Source: Alphaproteobacteria bacterium
GTDB taxonomy: Bacteria; Pseudomonadota; Alphaproteobacteria; JALCBB01
Length of the DNA stretch: 39,338 nt
Reading direction: 5' to 3'
NCBI GenBank assembly: GCA_028066985.1
Contig: JALCBB010000004.1
Coordinates: forward strand, 1 to 39,338
Shown here: in pieces, positions 8,018-18,191 of the stretch
How positions within the stretch are numbered: the first letter of the stretch is position 1
Layout of the letters: each line of letters opens with the position of its first letter
Notes under the pieces: generated by a model
Database searches by the model: none
Told to the model about the DNA's origin: nothing
Seen by the model: the letters and a program-made list of their open reading frames with translations, nothing else
Program-made: the position numbers and the translations under genes

Positions 8018-10063
8018 ATGCGCGGCGACGACTACCTGGACTACATCGACCGTCTGGCGACGGCGCGGCGCCGTCTGCGCGCGGAGGAGACGCGTCCGTT
8101 CCGCCTGACTTCCGAGGTGCAGCCCGCCGGCGACCAGCCCGCCGCGATCGCCGCCCTCGCCGACGGACTGACAGCAGGACGCCGCGACCAGGTGCTCATG
8201 GGCGTGACCGGCTCGGGCAAAACCTTCACGATGGCGAATGTGATCGCGCGGCTCGGACGTCCGGCGATTGTTCTGGCGCCGAACAAGACCCTGGCGGCGC
8301 AATTGTACGGAGAGCTGCGCGGGCTTTTCCCCGGGAACGCGGTGGAGTATTTCGTGAGTTACTACGATTATTATCAGCCGGAGGCGTATGTTCCGCGCAG
8401 CGACACCTATGTCGAGAAGGAGGCGTCGGTCAACGAGCAGATCGACCGCATGCGTCATTCGGCGACCCGCGCGCTTTTTGAGCGGCGCGATGTGGTGATC
8501 GTGGCGTCGGTGTCGTGCATTTACGGCATGGGTTCGCCGGAGACCTACGCCGAGATGGTCTTCGCGCTCGCGCGCGGCGAGACCTGCGCGCGCGAGGAGG
8601 TCATCCGCCGTCTTGACGACCTTCAGTATCGGCGCAACGACGGGAACTTCGCGCGCGGCACTTTTCGCGCGCGCGGCGATGTGCTGGAGATCTTTCCGGC
8701 GCATCTGTCGGACCGGGCGTGGCGTCTGTCGTTTTTCGGCGACGAGGTGGAGCGGATGACGGAGTTTGATCCCCTGACCGGCGAGCGCCACGGCGAGCTG
8801 GACGATGTGAAGGTCTACGCGAACAGTCATTATATCGTGCCGCGTCCGACCCTCGGACAGGCGATGGAGCAGATCGGCGCCGACCTCGAGCGCGAGGCGG
8901 CGGCCTTTGACGCGGCGGGCAAATTATTGGAGTCGCAGCGGCTGCGGCAGCGGGTGTCGTTTGATCTGGAGATGATGGAGGCGACCGGCAGCTGCGCGGG
9001 CATAGAGAATTATTCGCGTTATCTCTCGGGACGGAATCCCGGCGAGCCGCCGCCGACCTTGTTTGAATATACTCCCGAGGACGCGGTGCTGTTCGTGGAC
9101 GAGAGTCACATCACGGTGCCGCAGCTGGGCGGGATGTACAAGGGCGATTTCGCGCGCAAGACGACATTGGCGGCGCATGGTTTTCGACTGGCGGCGTGTG
9201 TTGACAATCGTCCGCTGAAGTTCGCGGAGTGGGAGGCGATGCGTCCGCAGACGGTGTATGTGTCGGCGACGCCCGGCGACTGGGAGACGGCGCGCTCGCC
9301 GGCGGCGACGGAGCAGGTGGTGCGTCCGACGGGCTTGCTGGATCCGGAGTGCGAGGTGTATCCGACGGAGGGCCAGGTCGACGAGATTCTGCGCGCGGCG
9401 GGCGAGGCGGCGCGGGCGGGACGCCGCACTTTGATCACGACTCTGACGAAGCGGATGGCGGAGAATCTGAGCGAGTATCTGGGCGAGGCGGGTTTGCGGG
9501 TGCGTTATCTGCATTCGGACATAGAGACCTTGGAGCGCATCGCGATTATTCGGGATTTGCGTCTGGGTGAGTTTGATGTGCTGGTGGGGATTAATCTTTT
9601 GCGCGAGGGGCTGGACATTCCGGAGTGCGGTCTTGTGTGCATACTTGACGCGGACAAGGAGGGTTTTCTGCGTTCGGCGCGTTCATTGATACAGACGATC
9701 GGCCGCGCGGCGCGCAATGTTGACGGACGCGTGATGCTGTTCGCGGATGCCGAGACGGCGGCGATGCGCGCGGCGCTGGGGGAGACGCGGCGGCGGCGGT
9801 CGCGTCAGGAGGCGTATAACTTGGAGCATGGGATTATTCCGGAGTCGGTTCGCAAGGGGGTTGCGGATGTGCTGGGGGGTTTGACGGATGTTGGTTCGTC
9901 TGCTGTGGATTTCGGCGGTGTGGAGGGGGGCGTGTCTTTGCGTTCGTATCTGGAGGAGTTGGGCGAGCGGATGCGGAGCGCGGCGGAGGTTTTGGAGTTT
10001 GAGGAGGCGGCGCGTCTGCGCGATGAGATTCGGCGTCTGGAGGAGGAGGAGTTGGGCTTGTAG
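8018..10063 (+). CDS. uvrB: Excinuclease ABC subunit B
   Basis: [25 protein letters not shown] beta-hairpin, [14 protein letters not shown]-terminal UVR domain [11 protein letters not shown]. Confidence 0.97.
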   Translation: MRGDDYLDYIDRLATARRRLRAEETRPFRLTSEVQPAGDQPAAIAALADGLTAGRRDQVLMGVTGSGKTFTMANVIARLGRPAIVLAPNKTLAAQLYGELRGLFPGNAVEYFVSYYDYYQPEAYVPRSDTYVEKEASVNEQIDRMRHSATRALFERRDVVIVASVSCIYGMGSPETYAEMVFALARGETCAREEVIRRLDDLQYRRNDGNFARGTFRARGDVLEIFPAHLSDRAWRLSFFGDEVERMTEFDPLTGERHGELDDVKVYANSHYIVPRPTLGQAMEQIGADLEREAAAFDAAGKLLESQRLRQRVSFDLEMMEATGSCAGIENYSRYLSGRNPGEPPPTLFEYTPEDAVLFVDESHITVPQLGGMYKGDFARKTTLAAHGFRLAACVDNRPLKFAEWEAMRPQTVYVSATPGDWETARSPAATEQVVRPTGLLDPECEVYPTEGQVDEILRAAGEAARAGRRTLITTLTKRMAENLSEYLGEAGLRVRYLHSDIETLERIAIIRDLRLGEFDVLVGINLLREGLDIPECGLVCILDADKEGFLRSARSLIQTIGRAARNVDGRVMLFADAETAAMRAALGETRRRRSRQEAYNLEHGIIPESVRKGVADVLGGLTDVGSSAVDFGGVEGGVSLRSYLEELGERMRSAAEVLEFEEAARLRDEIRRLEEEELGL

Positions 10064-10164
10064 TCGCGGTGACGGCGCCGCGTTTTGCGGGAGGCGCGGG
10101 CAGGGGTGCTGGAATTCAACTTTAGGTTGTATTGCCTGAATTGATCTGTCGCGGAGGCGGGGGG

Positions 10165-13086
10165 TTAGATGTCCAGGCCGCCGCTCTCCGAGGAGGGGCG
10201 GACTTTGGCGTGGTCCAGGATGTCTTTGATGTTTTTGTGCCCCTTGATCATCTGGTTGAAGAACTCCTGACCAAGCAGCACATACTGCCACTCGCAATGC
10301 GAGCGGTGTTCGGGCGGCAGTTCGTTGACTCTTCTGCACCAGTCGCTTGCCGCCGTCATTTTGCGCGTCACATTCGGATGCGAAAGCTGGTCTGTCCCTT
10401 TCGTCTCGACGAGATAGATCGTGTCGTCGCACCGGACGATGAAATCCGGCGAATAGCGCGAGAAGTCTCTCTCGACTCGTATGTAGCGGAACTTCAGAAA
10501 GTCGTGTTTGTACTCGTCGATTTTGCAGAAAGCCCGCACGGACGCGTCCCGGTCGGCGGCCGTGATGAAGTCTCTCTCGAACCCGCCCCTCTGCGACGCG
10601 AAGCGAAGTCTCTCGTAGATGCACTTGGAGACCGGAAGAGAAAGCGATTCCCGCATCCTCAGCGCGGGCACTTCGGAGAGGCGTTTGTGGAAAACCTGCG
10701 TTTCCCCGACGATTTCCGTTTCTTCGGATTCCGCCAGAGCGATTGTCGCCTCCTTGATGATGTGCTCGGCGACATAATCCAGCAGGAGCAGCCGCCAGTT
10801 TTCGTCTTCCATCGGGTCCATCTCGCGCGCGAAGAGGCGCGTGCGTATGTACCTGTCGATCCACTCGGCGATGAGCGGTCTTTGCACCTGGAGGTAGGGG
10901 AATCTCGCGAATGAACGGGAATCTCTGACGAGCGACCTGCTCGCCACATTTTCGGAGATTCTTGTGGTCATGCGCGCCAGGTAGTCGTTGTAGCCCCTGG
11001 AGGTCATCACTCCGCCCTTGACGCTGTAGTCGCCGAACCTGGTTTTCTTCTGCACATCCACGGAGGCGGCGCGGTCGTGCCTTTGCAGCGCGCTTTTCAG
11101 CTGACTGAAGTCCATCGTGTTGAAAGGCTTCAGACTGTTCACATCAAAGGTTTTCGGCTTGATTTCTTCGTCGGTCTCAATCCAGCGGACGGGAATCTCA
11201 AAGTCGTACGCCTCGTATCCGTCGCGCAGTTCCACGCTCAGCATGTCGCCGATGACTTTATTTCTCGGATCGTCGTCCGTCGCGACGATCAGATTATCCG
11301 CCATCAGTTCGTCGTAGTAGTCCTGAAAATTCGGGTGTTCAATGATGGACAGCATGTCAATCAGGCTGTCCGGCGCGTGACCGTCGTCGATCAGTCTGCG
11401 GTTTTCTTTTTTGGCGTCGGTGTAGTCCGCCTCGCGCCACATCAGGCGGAGACCGCGCCCGATGGTCTGCTCCAGCAGAATGCGCGACCCCGCCGTGCGC
11501 AGAGGAACGATGACGCAGATGTTGTTGACATCAAACCCCTCGCGGAGCATCAGCACATTGATGACGACGCGCGGCTGCTCGTGATCGTCCAGATCAAAGA
11601 GCCGCTCGCGCAGTTTCGCCCATTCGCCCTGCTTCAGTTCCCCCTTTCTGCTTGAGTCCACGGTCAGGATGTCTTCTTCCGTGAGCCCTTCGCCCAGCAG
11701 GAATTCGCTCACGAGCGGAGTGACGGTGGTGTCCTCGCAGACGACGAGCATCTTGGGGCGTTTCGTTTCGTCCAGTTTCCGAAACTCCGTCTCTAGGATT
11801 CCGAGTTTGGTGATGCCCATTCTCAGCATGAGACGCTGACCCTCGGACAGAGACCTTGCCTTCCCCTTTTTTCTCCTGCCCTCCTCGTAGCGCTCGGCGC
11901 GATAATCCATGTCGAGCTCCTCCTGCGGTATGGCGCCGCTTTCAATCCGTTTGTCCAGCAGCAGAGACTTGACGAGGAGATTGCGCAGCGCCTCCTTCAG
12001 GTCAAAGTCGGATATGATGTGGGGAAAGTGGGACGGCGTCGCCGACGCCGTTTTCTGGCTGTAGGGAGTCGCCGAGAAGTCAAAGCGCGTGAATCTGCCC
12101 TGCTTGGGTTCGGCGATGTAGTTCAGGCTTTTCTTCCACTCCACGACGGAATCCTTCTGTCTCGCGTCTTCATGGATGTGGTGCGCCTCGTCGTTGAAGA
12201 CCATCAGGCTGGGAAGCCCGTGCAGGTATTCCAGAATTTCCCCCTTGAGCCGCTTTTTGTTCAGTTGCCCCAGGTCGCTTCCCGCGCCCGCGCCAAGCGG
12301 AGTCGGCAGGATTCCCTTTATCACATCTTTCGGGTCGGGAGTTTCGCCCGGGGTTATGAACGCGTCCTCCTCGCCGTCGTCCGCTTCATCAATCTTGTCC
12401 TGGATGGCGTGCCAGTTGGTGACGGCGATGACGCCGTCGCCAGTTGTTTTCCGGCCGATGTCCTCCTTGCGGCAGAAGGCGTTTCCGATGAAGGCGAGGA
12501 CTTCGCCTCTGTATCGTTCAGGGATAAGCAGGTCCTGGTATTTGTGGAAGTCGGATTTTTCCAGATCCGGTTTCCCGTCTTTTTCCTTGCCGAGGAAGGC
12601 GTCCAGAATTCGCTGATAGACGATGAGTCCGGGCGTGATGATGAGAAAGTTTTTTGTGAATCTGTCGGGAGCCTCGGAATAGGAGGCGTTCAGATACGAC
12701 CAGATGAGCAGGGCGTGAAGCACCCAGGTTTTGCCGGTGCCGGTCGCCATCTTGACGCAGTACAGAGGATGAAGGTCCGTGCCATCCTTCGGCAGAAGAC
12801 CGCCGAGAAGTTCCCTCGGCGCGACTTCTTCGTACAGATGCTTCAGGTTTCTGGTCTGCAGGACTTCGTGGGCGTAGACGGCGTTCAGGATCGCCTGTTT
12901 CTGTCCCTTGTGAAAATTGATGTCGCGTCCGCCTGTCCACTCGCCGGCGAACCAGAAGCGCAGCAGTTCGGCGGTCATCGGCGACACCTTGTCCAGCATT
13001 GGCGCCGCCCCGTCTTCCAGACCGCTTGCCTCCCCGTTCACCATTCGGGAGAGGGTGCGCGCGAGAGTGAGATCGTTCAGCGCCAT
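10165..13086 (-). CDS. res: Type III restriction enzyme Res subunit (system 1)
   Basis: KMATGTGKT, DEAHH, FSATP, MLREGFD and EQTIGRGLR SF2 helicase motifs; C-terminal PDFIV...LVETKG PD-(D/E)xK nuclease; start overlaps the mod stop (TAATG). Confidence 0.9.
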   Translation of the reverse strand: MALNDLTLARTLSRMVNGEASGLEDGAAPMLDKVSPMTAELLRFWFAGEWTGGRDINFHKGQKQAILNAVYAHEVLQTRNLKHLYEEVAPRELLGGLLPKDGTDLHPLYCVKMATGTGKTWVLHALLIWSYLNASYSEAPDRFTKNFLIITPGLIVYQRILDAFLGKEKDGKPDLEKSDFHKYQDLLIPERYRGEVLAFIGNAFCRKEDIGRKTTGDGVIAVTNWHAIQDKIDEADDGEEDAFITPGETPDPKDVIKGILPTPLGAGAGSDLGQLNKKRLKGEILEYLHGLPSLMVFNDEAHHIHEDARQKDSVVEWKKSLNYIAEPKQGRFTRFDFSATPYSQKTASATPSHFPHIISDFDLKEALRNLLVKSLLLDKRIESGAIPQEELDMDYRAERYEEGRRKKGKARSLSEGQRLMLRMGITKLGILETEFRKLDETKRPKMLVVCEDTTVTPLVSEFLLGEGLTEEDILTVDSSRKGELKQGEWAKLRERLFDLDDHEQPRVVINVLMLREGFDVNNICVIVPLRTAGSRILLEQTIGRGLRLMWREADYTDAKKENRRLIDDGHAPDSLIDMLSIIEHPNFQDYYDELMADNLIVATDDDPRNKVIGDMLSVELRDGYEAYDFEIPVRWIETDEEIKPKTFDVNSLKPFNTMDFSQLKSALQRHDRAASVDVQKKTRFGDYSVKGGVMTSRGYNDYLARMTTRISENVASRSLVRDSRSFARFPYLQVQRPLIAEWIDRYIRTRLFAREMDPMEDENWRLLLLDYVAEHIIKEATIALAESEETEIVGETQVFHKRLSEVPALRMRESLSLPVSKCIYERLRFASQRGGFERDFITAADRDASVRAFCKIDEYKHDFLKFRYIRVERDFSRYSPDFIVRCDDTIYLVETKGTDQLSHPNVTRKMTAASDWCRRVNELPPEHRSHCEWQYVLLGQEFFNQMIKGHKNIKDILDHAKVRPSSESGGLDI

Positions 13087-14993
13087 TATTCTGTCTCGGC
13101 GGAGGCTTCGGCTTCAAAGCCGAAGACATCCGCGACGCGCACGCAGATTTTTCTGGAACCTTCCACCGGCTCCAGGTCGCCGAGGGTCGCGGAGGTTCGG
13201 ACCCGATCCGGTTCCGGATTCTCTTCGTCGCCGCGATAGTTCTGCCACACCGAGCGAAATGTCTCGCCGTCGTAGTCGGGGTCTACGCTCCAGTACGAGA
13301 TGAGCGAGAGCGGGTCTTCGGCGATGAGCCGCTCCACTTTTTTACGATCCTCATCCTTGAGGTTGATGGCGTGCGGCGACAGCAGGACATAGTTTCCCAG
13401 CGAAACTTCCAGCGTCTCGCTTTTTTCGTGTCTGGCGCGCTTCACCTCGCCCAGGGTGAGATACTGCAGAGGGGAGAAGCGCACCTCGTCTGGCTTCAAA
13501 CCGCCCCCCTCTTTTCGTATTTTCTCCAGCAGGTCGGGAGGAATGACCAGCACCTCCACCTCCTCGCTGTATCCGTTTCGCAGATACTCGCTCATCTCGG
13601 GATCAAAGTTCCAGCCGAGCAGGGTGGCGTTCTCGAATCCTCCGAGCCGGGTTCGCTTGATTTCCATGACGCTTCTCAGCGTTTTCAAGCCCGTGGTTTT
13701 TCTCGGACTGTCCACATAGACAAGGCGATTTTCCTTGACTTTTTCCCCGAGGTTCCCTTTGGGATTTGCTTCGTGATGAAGCGGCGTTCCGCCGAAAAGT
13801 TTGATGACGATCTGCGCCAGATCCCCCGCGGTCATCCTGCGTCCGCCGATGCTCTTTTGCGCCGTGATGCGCGCCTCCTCGGCGTGGTAGTCGCCGATGT
13901 GCATGTAGAGAAACGGCGCCGCTTCTTTTTTCACCAGTTCTTCGCGCGAAATCATGCACGCCGGCTTGCCGGAATCGCAGACGATCCATCTGCGCCCCAG
14001 CCTTTCGGCGACGCGCGCTGTCGTGCCGCTGCCGGTGAAAAAATCAACGACGAGATCGCCCTCGTCGCTTGACGCCTTGATGATGCGCTCGAGCAGACCT
14101 TCGGGCTTCTGTGTCTGATACCCCGTTCTTTGCGTGTTTCGCGTAGCGGTTGCAAATGAAGGAATGTCCGACCACCAGTCGTTTTGTCTTTTGCCCTCCT
14201 TCATTTTCTCCCTGGCTAATTTCTCGGCTTCCTGACGGTCGGTGTGCCCTTTGCGCCAATAGGCGGTTACCGGCAGCGACTCGTAGTCGGCCGCCACCTC
14301 TTTCCAGTTGAAGGTGTTGTTTTCGGCTTTCGCGTAGAAAAGAATCGTGTCGTGCTTTCTTTTGAAGTGATTGTTCGCCTGACCGCCGCCGATATAGCAC
14401 CAGACAATTTCGTTGCGGAAATTGTGCTCGTTGAAGATTTCATCCAGGACCAGTTTGATGACATGGCTCACTGTCGGATCGCAGTGCAGGTAGAAACTGC
14501 CCTTGTCGGACAGCAGTTCTCTCATCAGAATCAGGCGCGGAATCATCATTCCGAGATAACTCTCCGTGCCTTTTGTCCAGAAGTCCGAGTAGGCGAACTG
14601 CTGCAGCGTCGTCGCCGTCTGCTCCACCCTCCCTCCGGGCAGTTTCACCGAAAATGTGTAGTTCGCCCTGCTGTTGAACGGCGGGTCAATGTAAATCAGA
14701 TCCACCTTCCCGCGCAAAGAGGGAGACAACTCGTCACCCGCCAGCAAAGCGGTCATCGCGAGCAGATTGTCGCCGTAAATCAGCCTGTTCATGGACGCCG
14801 GATCAACCTCGACATCCTTGACATTCTGCTGCTTGTACAGCCTGTTCCATGTGCTGTCGCGCGAGGAAATCACGAGTTCGCGCACCTGGAGACCGATGCG
14901 GTTGCCCTCCTCGATGCGCTTGAGCGCGCGCTCGGCCTCGCGCTCGCCGTCGCTCACAATCTTGGGGAGTTTGTGTATCAGAGAGTCAGACAT
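13086..14993 (-). CDS. mod: Type III R-M Mod subunit, beta-class amino (likely N6-adenine) DNA methyltransferase (system 1)
   Basis: [15 protein letters not shown] (motif IV), [23 protein letters not shown] (motif I); translationally coupled to res. Confidence 0.9.
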   Translation of the reverse strand: MSDSLIHKLPKIVSDGEREAERALKRIEEGNRIGLQVRELVISSRDSTWNRLYKQQNVKDVEVDPASMNRLIYGDNLLAMTALLAGDELSPSLRGKVDLIYIDPPFNSRANYTFSVKLPGGRVEQTATTLQQFAYSDFWTKGTESYLGMMIPRLILMRELLSDKGSFYLHCDPTVSHVIKLVLDEIFNEHNFRNEIVWCYIGGGQANNHFKRKHDTILFYAKAENNTFNWKEVAADYESLPVTAYWRKGHTDRQEAEKLAREKMKEGKRQNDWWSDIPSFATATRNTQRTGYQTQKPEGLLERIIKASSDEGDLVVDFFTGSGTTARVAERLGRRWIVCDSGKPACMISREELVKKEAAPFLYMHIGDYHAEEARITAQKSIGGRRMTAGDLAQIVIKLFGGTPLHHEANPKGNLGEKVKENRLVYVDSPRKTTGLKTLRSVMEIKRTRLGGFENATLLGWNFDPEMSEYLRNGYSEEVEVLVIPPDLLEKIRKEGGGLKPDEVRFSPLQYLTLGEVKRARHEKSETLEVSLGNYVLLSPHAINLKDEDRKKVERLIAEDPLSLISYWSVDPDYDGETFRSVWQNYRGDEENPEPDRVRTSATLGDLEPVEGSRKICVRVADVFGFEAEASAETE

Positions 14994-15114
14994 CGGCAGA
15001 ACGGGGGGTTAAAGAAACAACCCGATAATCATAGAGATACTTCCGCCAGACCGCAAGCGCCGAAATTCGGCGCATTTCCGCCATCTCCGGACAGAAAACC
15101 TTGCCTTTTTGACC

Positions 15115-15371
15115 AGAAAAACGCGGCGGGGTCAATGCAGCCCGTGGAGCCGCGCCGTCTCCATCGCTCCCCGCGCACCGCATCTGCCAGTCTCCATCGT
15201 CAAAAACCAGGACGGGCGGAGGGCGCGCGTCGTGTGCGCCTCGCCGGGTGCAGACTGCGTCCGCGCGACGAGTGCGCCGTAAACGGCGCACGCTTTAATT
15301 TACTTTTATTTATTAATTTACTTTTAACAAGACGGCAAAGGACAAAAAACGCGGCGGGGTCAATGCCTCCC
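15115..15371. repeat. Imperfect direct repeat AAAAACGCGGCGGGGTCAATGC (x2) upstream of mod1
   Basis: Copies at ~15117-15138 and ~15345-15366; reads GCA-TTGACC on the minus strand. Confidence 0.7.
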
Positions 15372-15392
15372 GTGAAACAAAATCAGCGCCCC

Positions 15393-15782
15393 TCACCTCT
15401 TCCGAGAATCCAACACCCGCGCCCGCGACGCCGCCCGTCGCGCTCCCTCATCATCTCCAGCCAGCAACGCATCCACCGCCTCCGACATCGCCCGCGTCCG
15501 CGCCGCGCGCCGCCGCCGCTCCCTCAAACGCCGAAACCACCCCCGCAGCCACACCGGCGACAAACACAACAACAACACCCACCGCAGCAAAATCAACAGC
15601 ACCCACGACACCATCAACACCAATACCCCCAGCAGAAATACCCCCGCCTCCACACGAAAACCATCCGCGCCCGCCGTGGAACTCAACTCAACCGATAAAC
15701 GCCACGGCCAGGTCGCTCCCCACAACAATAACGCCACGAAAAACGACAGCAACGCCAGAATCGTCAGCGCGCGCAAGGTCAT
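15393..15782 (-). CDS. hemY: Short HemY_N-like membrane protein (probably truncated)
   Basis: Two hydrophobic helices, then WFRRLRERRRRAARTRAMSEAVDALLAGDDEGARRAA typical of HemY_N; expected position after hemC-hemD-COG4223; only 129 aa. Confidence 0.6.
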   Translation of the reverse strand: MTLRALTILALLSFFVALLLWGATWPWRLSVELSSTAGADGFRVEAGVFLLGVLVLMVSWVLLILLRWVLLLCLSPVWLRGWFRRLRERRRRAARTRAMSEAVDALLAGDDEGARRAASRARVLDSRKR

Positions 15783-15792
15783 CGCTCAACCC

Positions 15793-17301
15793 TCACGGAT
15801 TCAATCCCCGCACCGCCGCCAGATCGCCCAGCAACGCCGTCTCAAAACTCAACAACGCCGCCTCCGCCGCCAGACGCACACGCATCTCCTCCTGCCACGG
15901 CGCCAGAACACCGCCCGCGACACCGCCTAAACCCTCCAACGCCACCAAAGCCTCGCCGAAAGCATCGGCCGTCAACGCCGCCTCGGCGCGTCCGAGACGA
16001 CCCAGCAAACCCTCGCCGCCGCCAAGACGGCTGAAACGCAAGTCGCCCGGCAAACGCGACAAAACCCGTCCCCACCAGCCCTGCTCGCGCAGCCAGTCAG
16101 ACTCAACACGCGCCCGCAACATCGCGAACTCCGCCCGCAAACGCGCGCGCGGCGCAATGCCCGCGTCCGCACGCGTGCCAAGCGCCGAAACCAGCGCCGC
16201 AACACCGCCGGCCTCGCCATCACCGCCGCCGCCGCCCGACAAACGCAAAACCACATCCAGAGCCTCGCGGTACGGACGCCCCGAATCCACCGCATGTCGC
16301 AACTGCAAAATCGCCAGCGCCCGCACCGCCGCCTCGTCAGGACGCCGCCGCGCCAGTTCCTCAATCTCCTCAAGACGCGCGTCCAGCCCCGCCTCAAGAC
16401 GGCTGAAGGCGCGCGCGCTCAGCGTCAAGTCTTCCAGTTGCTCCTCCAGAAGCAGCAGCCGCGCCTCAAGCGCGCGCACCGCCGCGAGTTCCTCGGCGCG
16501 GAGAGCGGCCGCCTCGGCAAGCGCCGCCTCGGTCTCGGCGGAACGCGACTCCGCGCGCGGCGGCGGCTCGGGCAGAGTGCGCAGCGCCGGACGGACGCGT
16601 CCCTGCAGTTCGGCGGTCGTCTCTTCGGCGACGGGCGCGGACGGACGCTCCCAGCCGATGCGGTAGTCGCGGAAGACATCCAGCCAGGTCCAGACGATCG
16701 CCGCCAGCAGCGCGAACGCCGCCGACCAGGTGATGACACGCCGCGCCGCCGAAGCGCGTCCGTCGCCGCCGGGGGAAGAGGACGGCGACCGCGACCGTGA
16801 TCGTGATCGTGACGAAGACGGCGAGGACGATGACGGCGACGGCGAGACCGTCACCGTCTCCTGCGCCGCTGTTGTCGTCTCCGACTCTGACTCATTGACT
16901 GCGACCGTCGCCGTCTCTGTCCCCGTCGTCGTCGCCGTCTCTGTCTCCGTCCCCGTCGTTGTCGTTCCCGGCTCTGACTCGTCCACGACGACCACCGACG
17001 CCGCTGTTGCTCCGCGCCGTGTCGCTGTCCGTGTACGCGTCTGCGTCCGTGTCGCCGCGCCGCGCCGCCGCGCTGTTCCGAGGGCGGTTTCCAGTATTTC
17101 GCTGTTGATGCCGGCGCGTTCGGCGAAGTCGCGCACGGCGTCCTCGCGTTTCGGGGGGATTTTGCCGCGCAGTTTCCAGCCCTGCACCGTGGAAACCGAC
17201 AGCCCCAGTCCCGCCGCCAGCGGACGCAATCCGCCCGCCGCCTCTATCAGCGCCGCGACCGCTTCCAGTCCGTCGTCATGAGGGGAAGAGGGGGAGGACA
17301 T
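15793..17301 (-). CDS. COG4223/mitofilin (alphaMic60)-like inner-membrane protein with N-terminal Cro-like HTH and T/E/S-rich linker
   Basis: N-terminal GGLRPLAAGLGLSVSTVQGWKLRGKIP HTH; single TM (VITWSAAFALLAAIVWTW); coiled coil; LRHAVDSGRPY and W-E-RVRLAAE mitofilin-like C-terminus; syntenic position. Confidence 0.8.
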   Translation of the reverse strand: MSSPSSPHDDGLEAVAALIEAAGGLRPLAAGLGLSVSTVQGWKLRGKIPPKREDAVRDFAERAGINSEILETALGTARRRGAATRTQTRTRTATRRGATAASVVVVDESEPGTTTTGTETETATTTGTETATVAVNESESETTTAAQETVTVSPSPSSSSPSSSRSRSRSRSPSSSPGGDGRASAARRVITWSAAFALLAAIVWTWLDVFRDYRIGWERPSAPVAEETTAELQGRVRPALRTLPEPPPRAESRSAETEAALAEAAALRAEELAAVRALEARLLLLEEQLEDLTLSARAFSRLEAGLDARLEEIEELARRRPDEAAVRALAILQLRHAVDSGRPYREALDVVLRLSGGGGGDGEAGGVAALVSALGTRADAGIAPRARLRAEFAMLRARVESDWLREQGWWGRVLSRLPGDLRFSRLGGGEGLLGRLGRAEAALTADAFGEALVALEGLGGVAGGVLAPWQEEMRVRLAAEAALLSFETALLGDLAAVRGLNP

Positions 17302-18191
17302 TACAGCGACAGAATCTCCATTTGCCAGGGGAGCAGCGTCCGCGCCGTGTCGGCGACGGCGGGGCTGCGGGCGAGTCCGAGTATATGCGTACAGCGGGGT
17401 TCGTGTCCAGAGGCGCGGACAAGAGACGCGAACAGCCGCGCCGTACGCGCCGAGGGCAGGACTACGCCCGCGCCCGCGCCGCCGCGCCGCGCCATTTTCG
17501 GCGCCGCGCGCAGGACTGCTCTTGCGCCGCGCGGCAGATATTCCGCCGCCTTCATTTCGTAGAGAATCAGGGATTGGAGGTTGTAGCCGCCGGCGAGGAG
17601 GCTCTTTGCCGGTTCGGGAGACGCGTGTACGCCTCGCAGGTGCAGGAGCGGAGACGAAAACGCGTGTTTAAGGCGTACGGTTTCGGCGAGGGAGGCGCCG
17701 TTTCCGTCGGCGGTGCAGATGGTCTCAAAGCCGAATTTTTGCGCCGCCGCCGCCGTTTCGGCTCCGACGGCGTAGACGGGCAGCCGACACAGCCCCTCCT
17801 TCAGCCTGTACGCGTTTTCGCTGTCCGCCTTATACGCGTTCTGGTCGTCTGGACTATAAGCGTCCTGATTGCCCGAATTGCGCGTATTTTGGTCGTTTGG
17901 ACTGTAAATGTCCCGTTCGCCTGAATCGCCCGTGTTCTGGTTGTCTGACATATACGCGTTTTTGCCGTCCAAGCCATACGCGTTAAGAGCGCGTACGGCG
18001 TTGGCGCTCGTAAGAATGAGGGCGGAATCGGTTTTTCGCGGAAATTCAGCGAGTTTTTGAAGCACCTCCTCGGGCTGTCCGGCACGGCGGAAACTCCACA
18101 CGGGCGCGGAGATCGCCTCGTGTCCGAGCAGCGACAGGCGCCGCGCCGTCTCCCGCGCCTGATGCGGCGCGCGCAGAACAAGCACCCTCAT
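17301..18191 (-). CDS. hemD: Uroporphyrinogen-III synthase with internal 8-aa tandem repeat insertion
   Basis: MRVLVLR, ILTSANAV, VYAVGAETA, LHLRG, LYE, SARTA; overlaps the hemC stop (ATGA). Confidence 0.88.
   Translation of the reverse strand: MRVLVLRAPHQARETARRLSLLGHEAISAPVWSFRRAGQPEEVLQKLAEFPRKTDSALILTSANAVRALNAYGLDGKNAYMSDNQNTGDSGERDIYSPNDQNTRNSGNQDAYSPDDQNAYKADSENAYRLKEGLCRLPVYAVGAETAAAAQKFGFETICTADGNGASLAETVRLKHAFSSPLLHLRGVHASPEPAKSLLAGGYNLQSLILYEMKAAEYLPRGARAVLRAAPKMARRGGAGAGVVLPSARTARLFASLVRASGHEPRCTHILGLARSPAVADTARTLLPWQMEILSL
17793..17984 (-). repeat. Degenerate 24-bp (8-aa) tandem repeat x8 inside hemD
   Basis: NAYGLDGK/NAYMSDNQ/NTGDSGER/DIYSPNDQ/NTRNSGNQ/DAYSPDDQ/NAYKADSE/NAYRLKEG. 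Confidence 0.8.

Noticed and set aside
15272-15330. Hairpin GTGCGCCGT-AA-ACGGCGCAC plus AT tract as terminator of the hem operon
   Set aside because: The T-rich tail is on the plus strand while the flanking genes are minus-strand; its role cannot be supported
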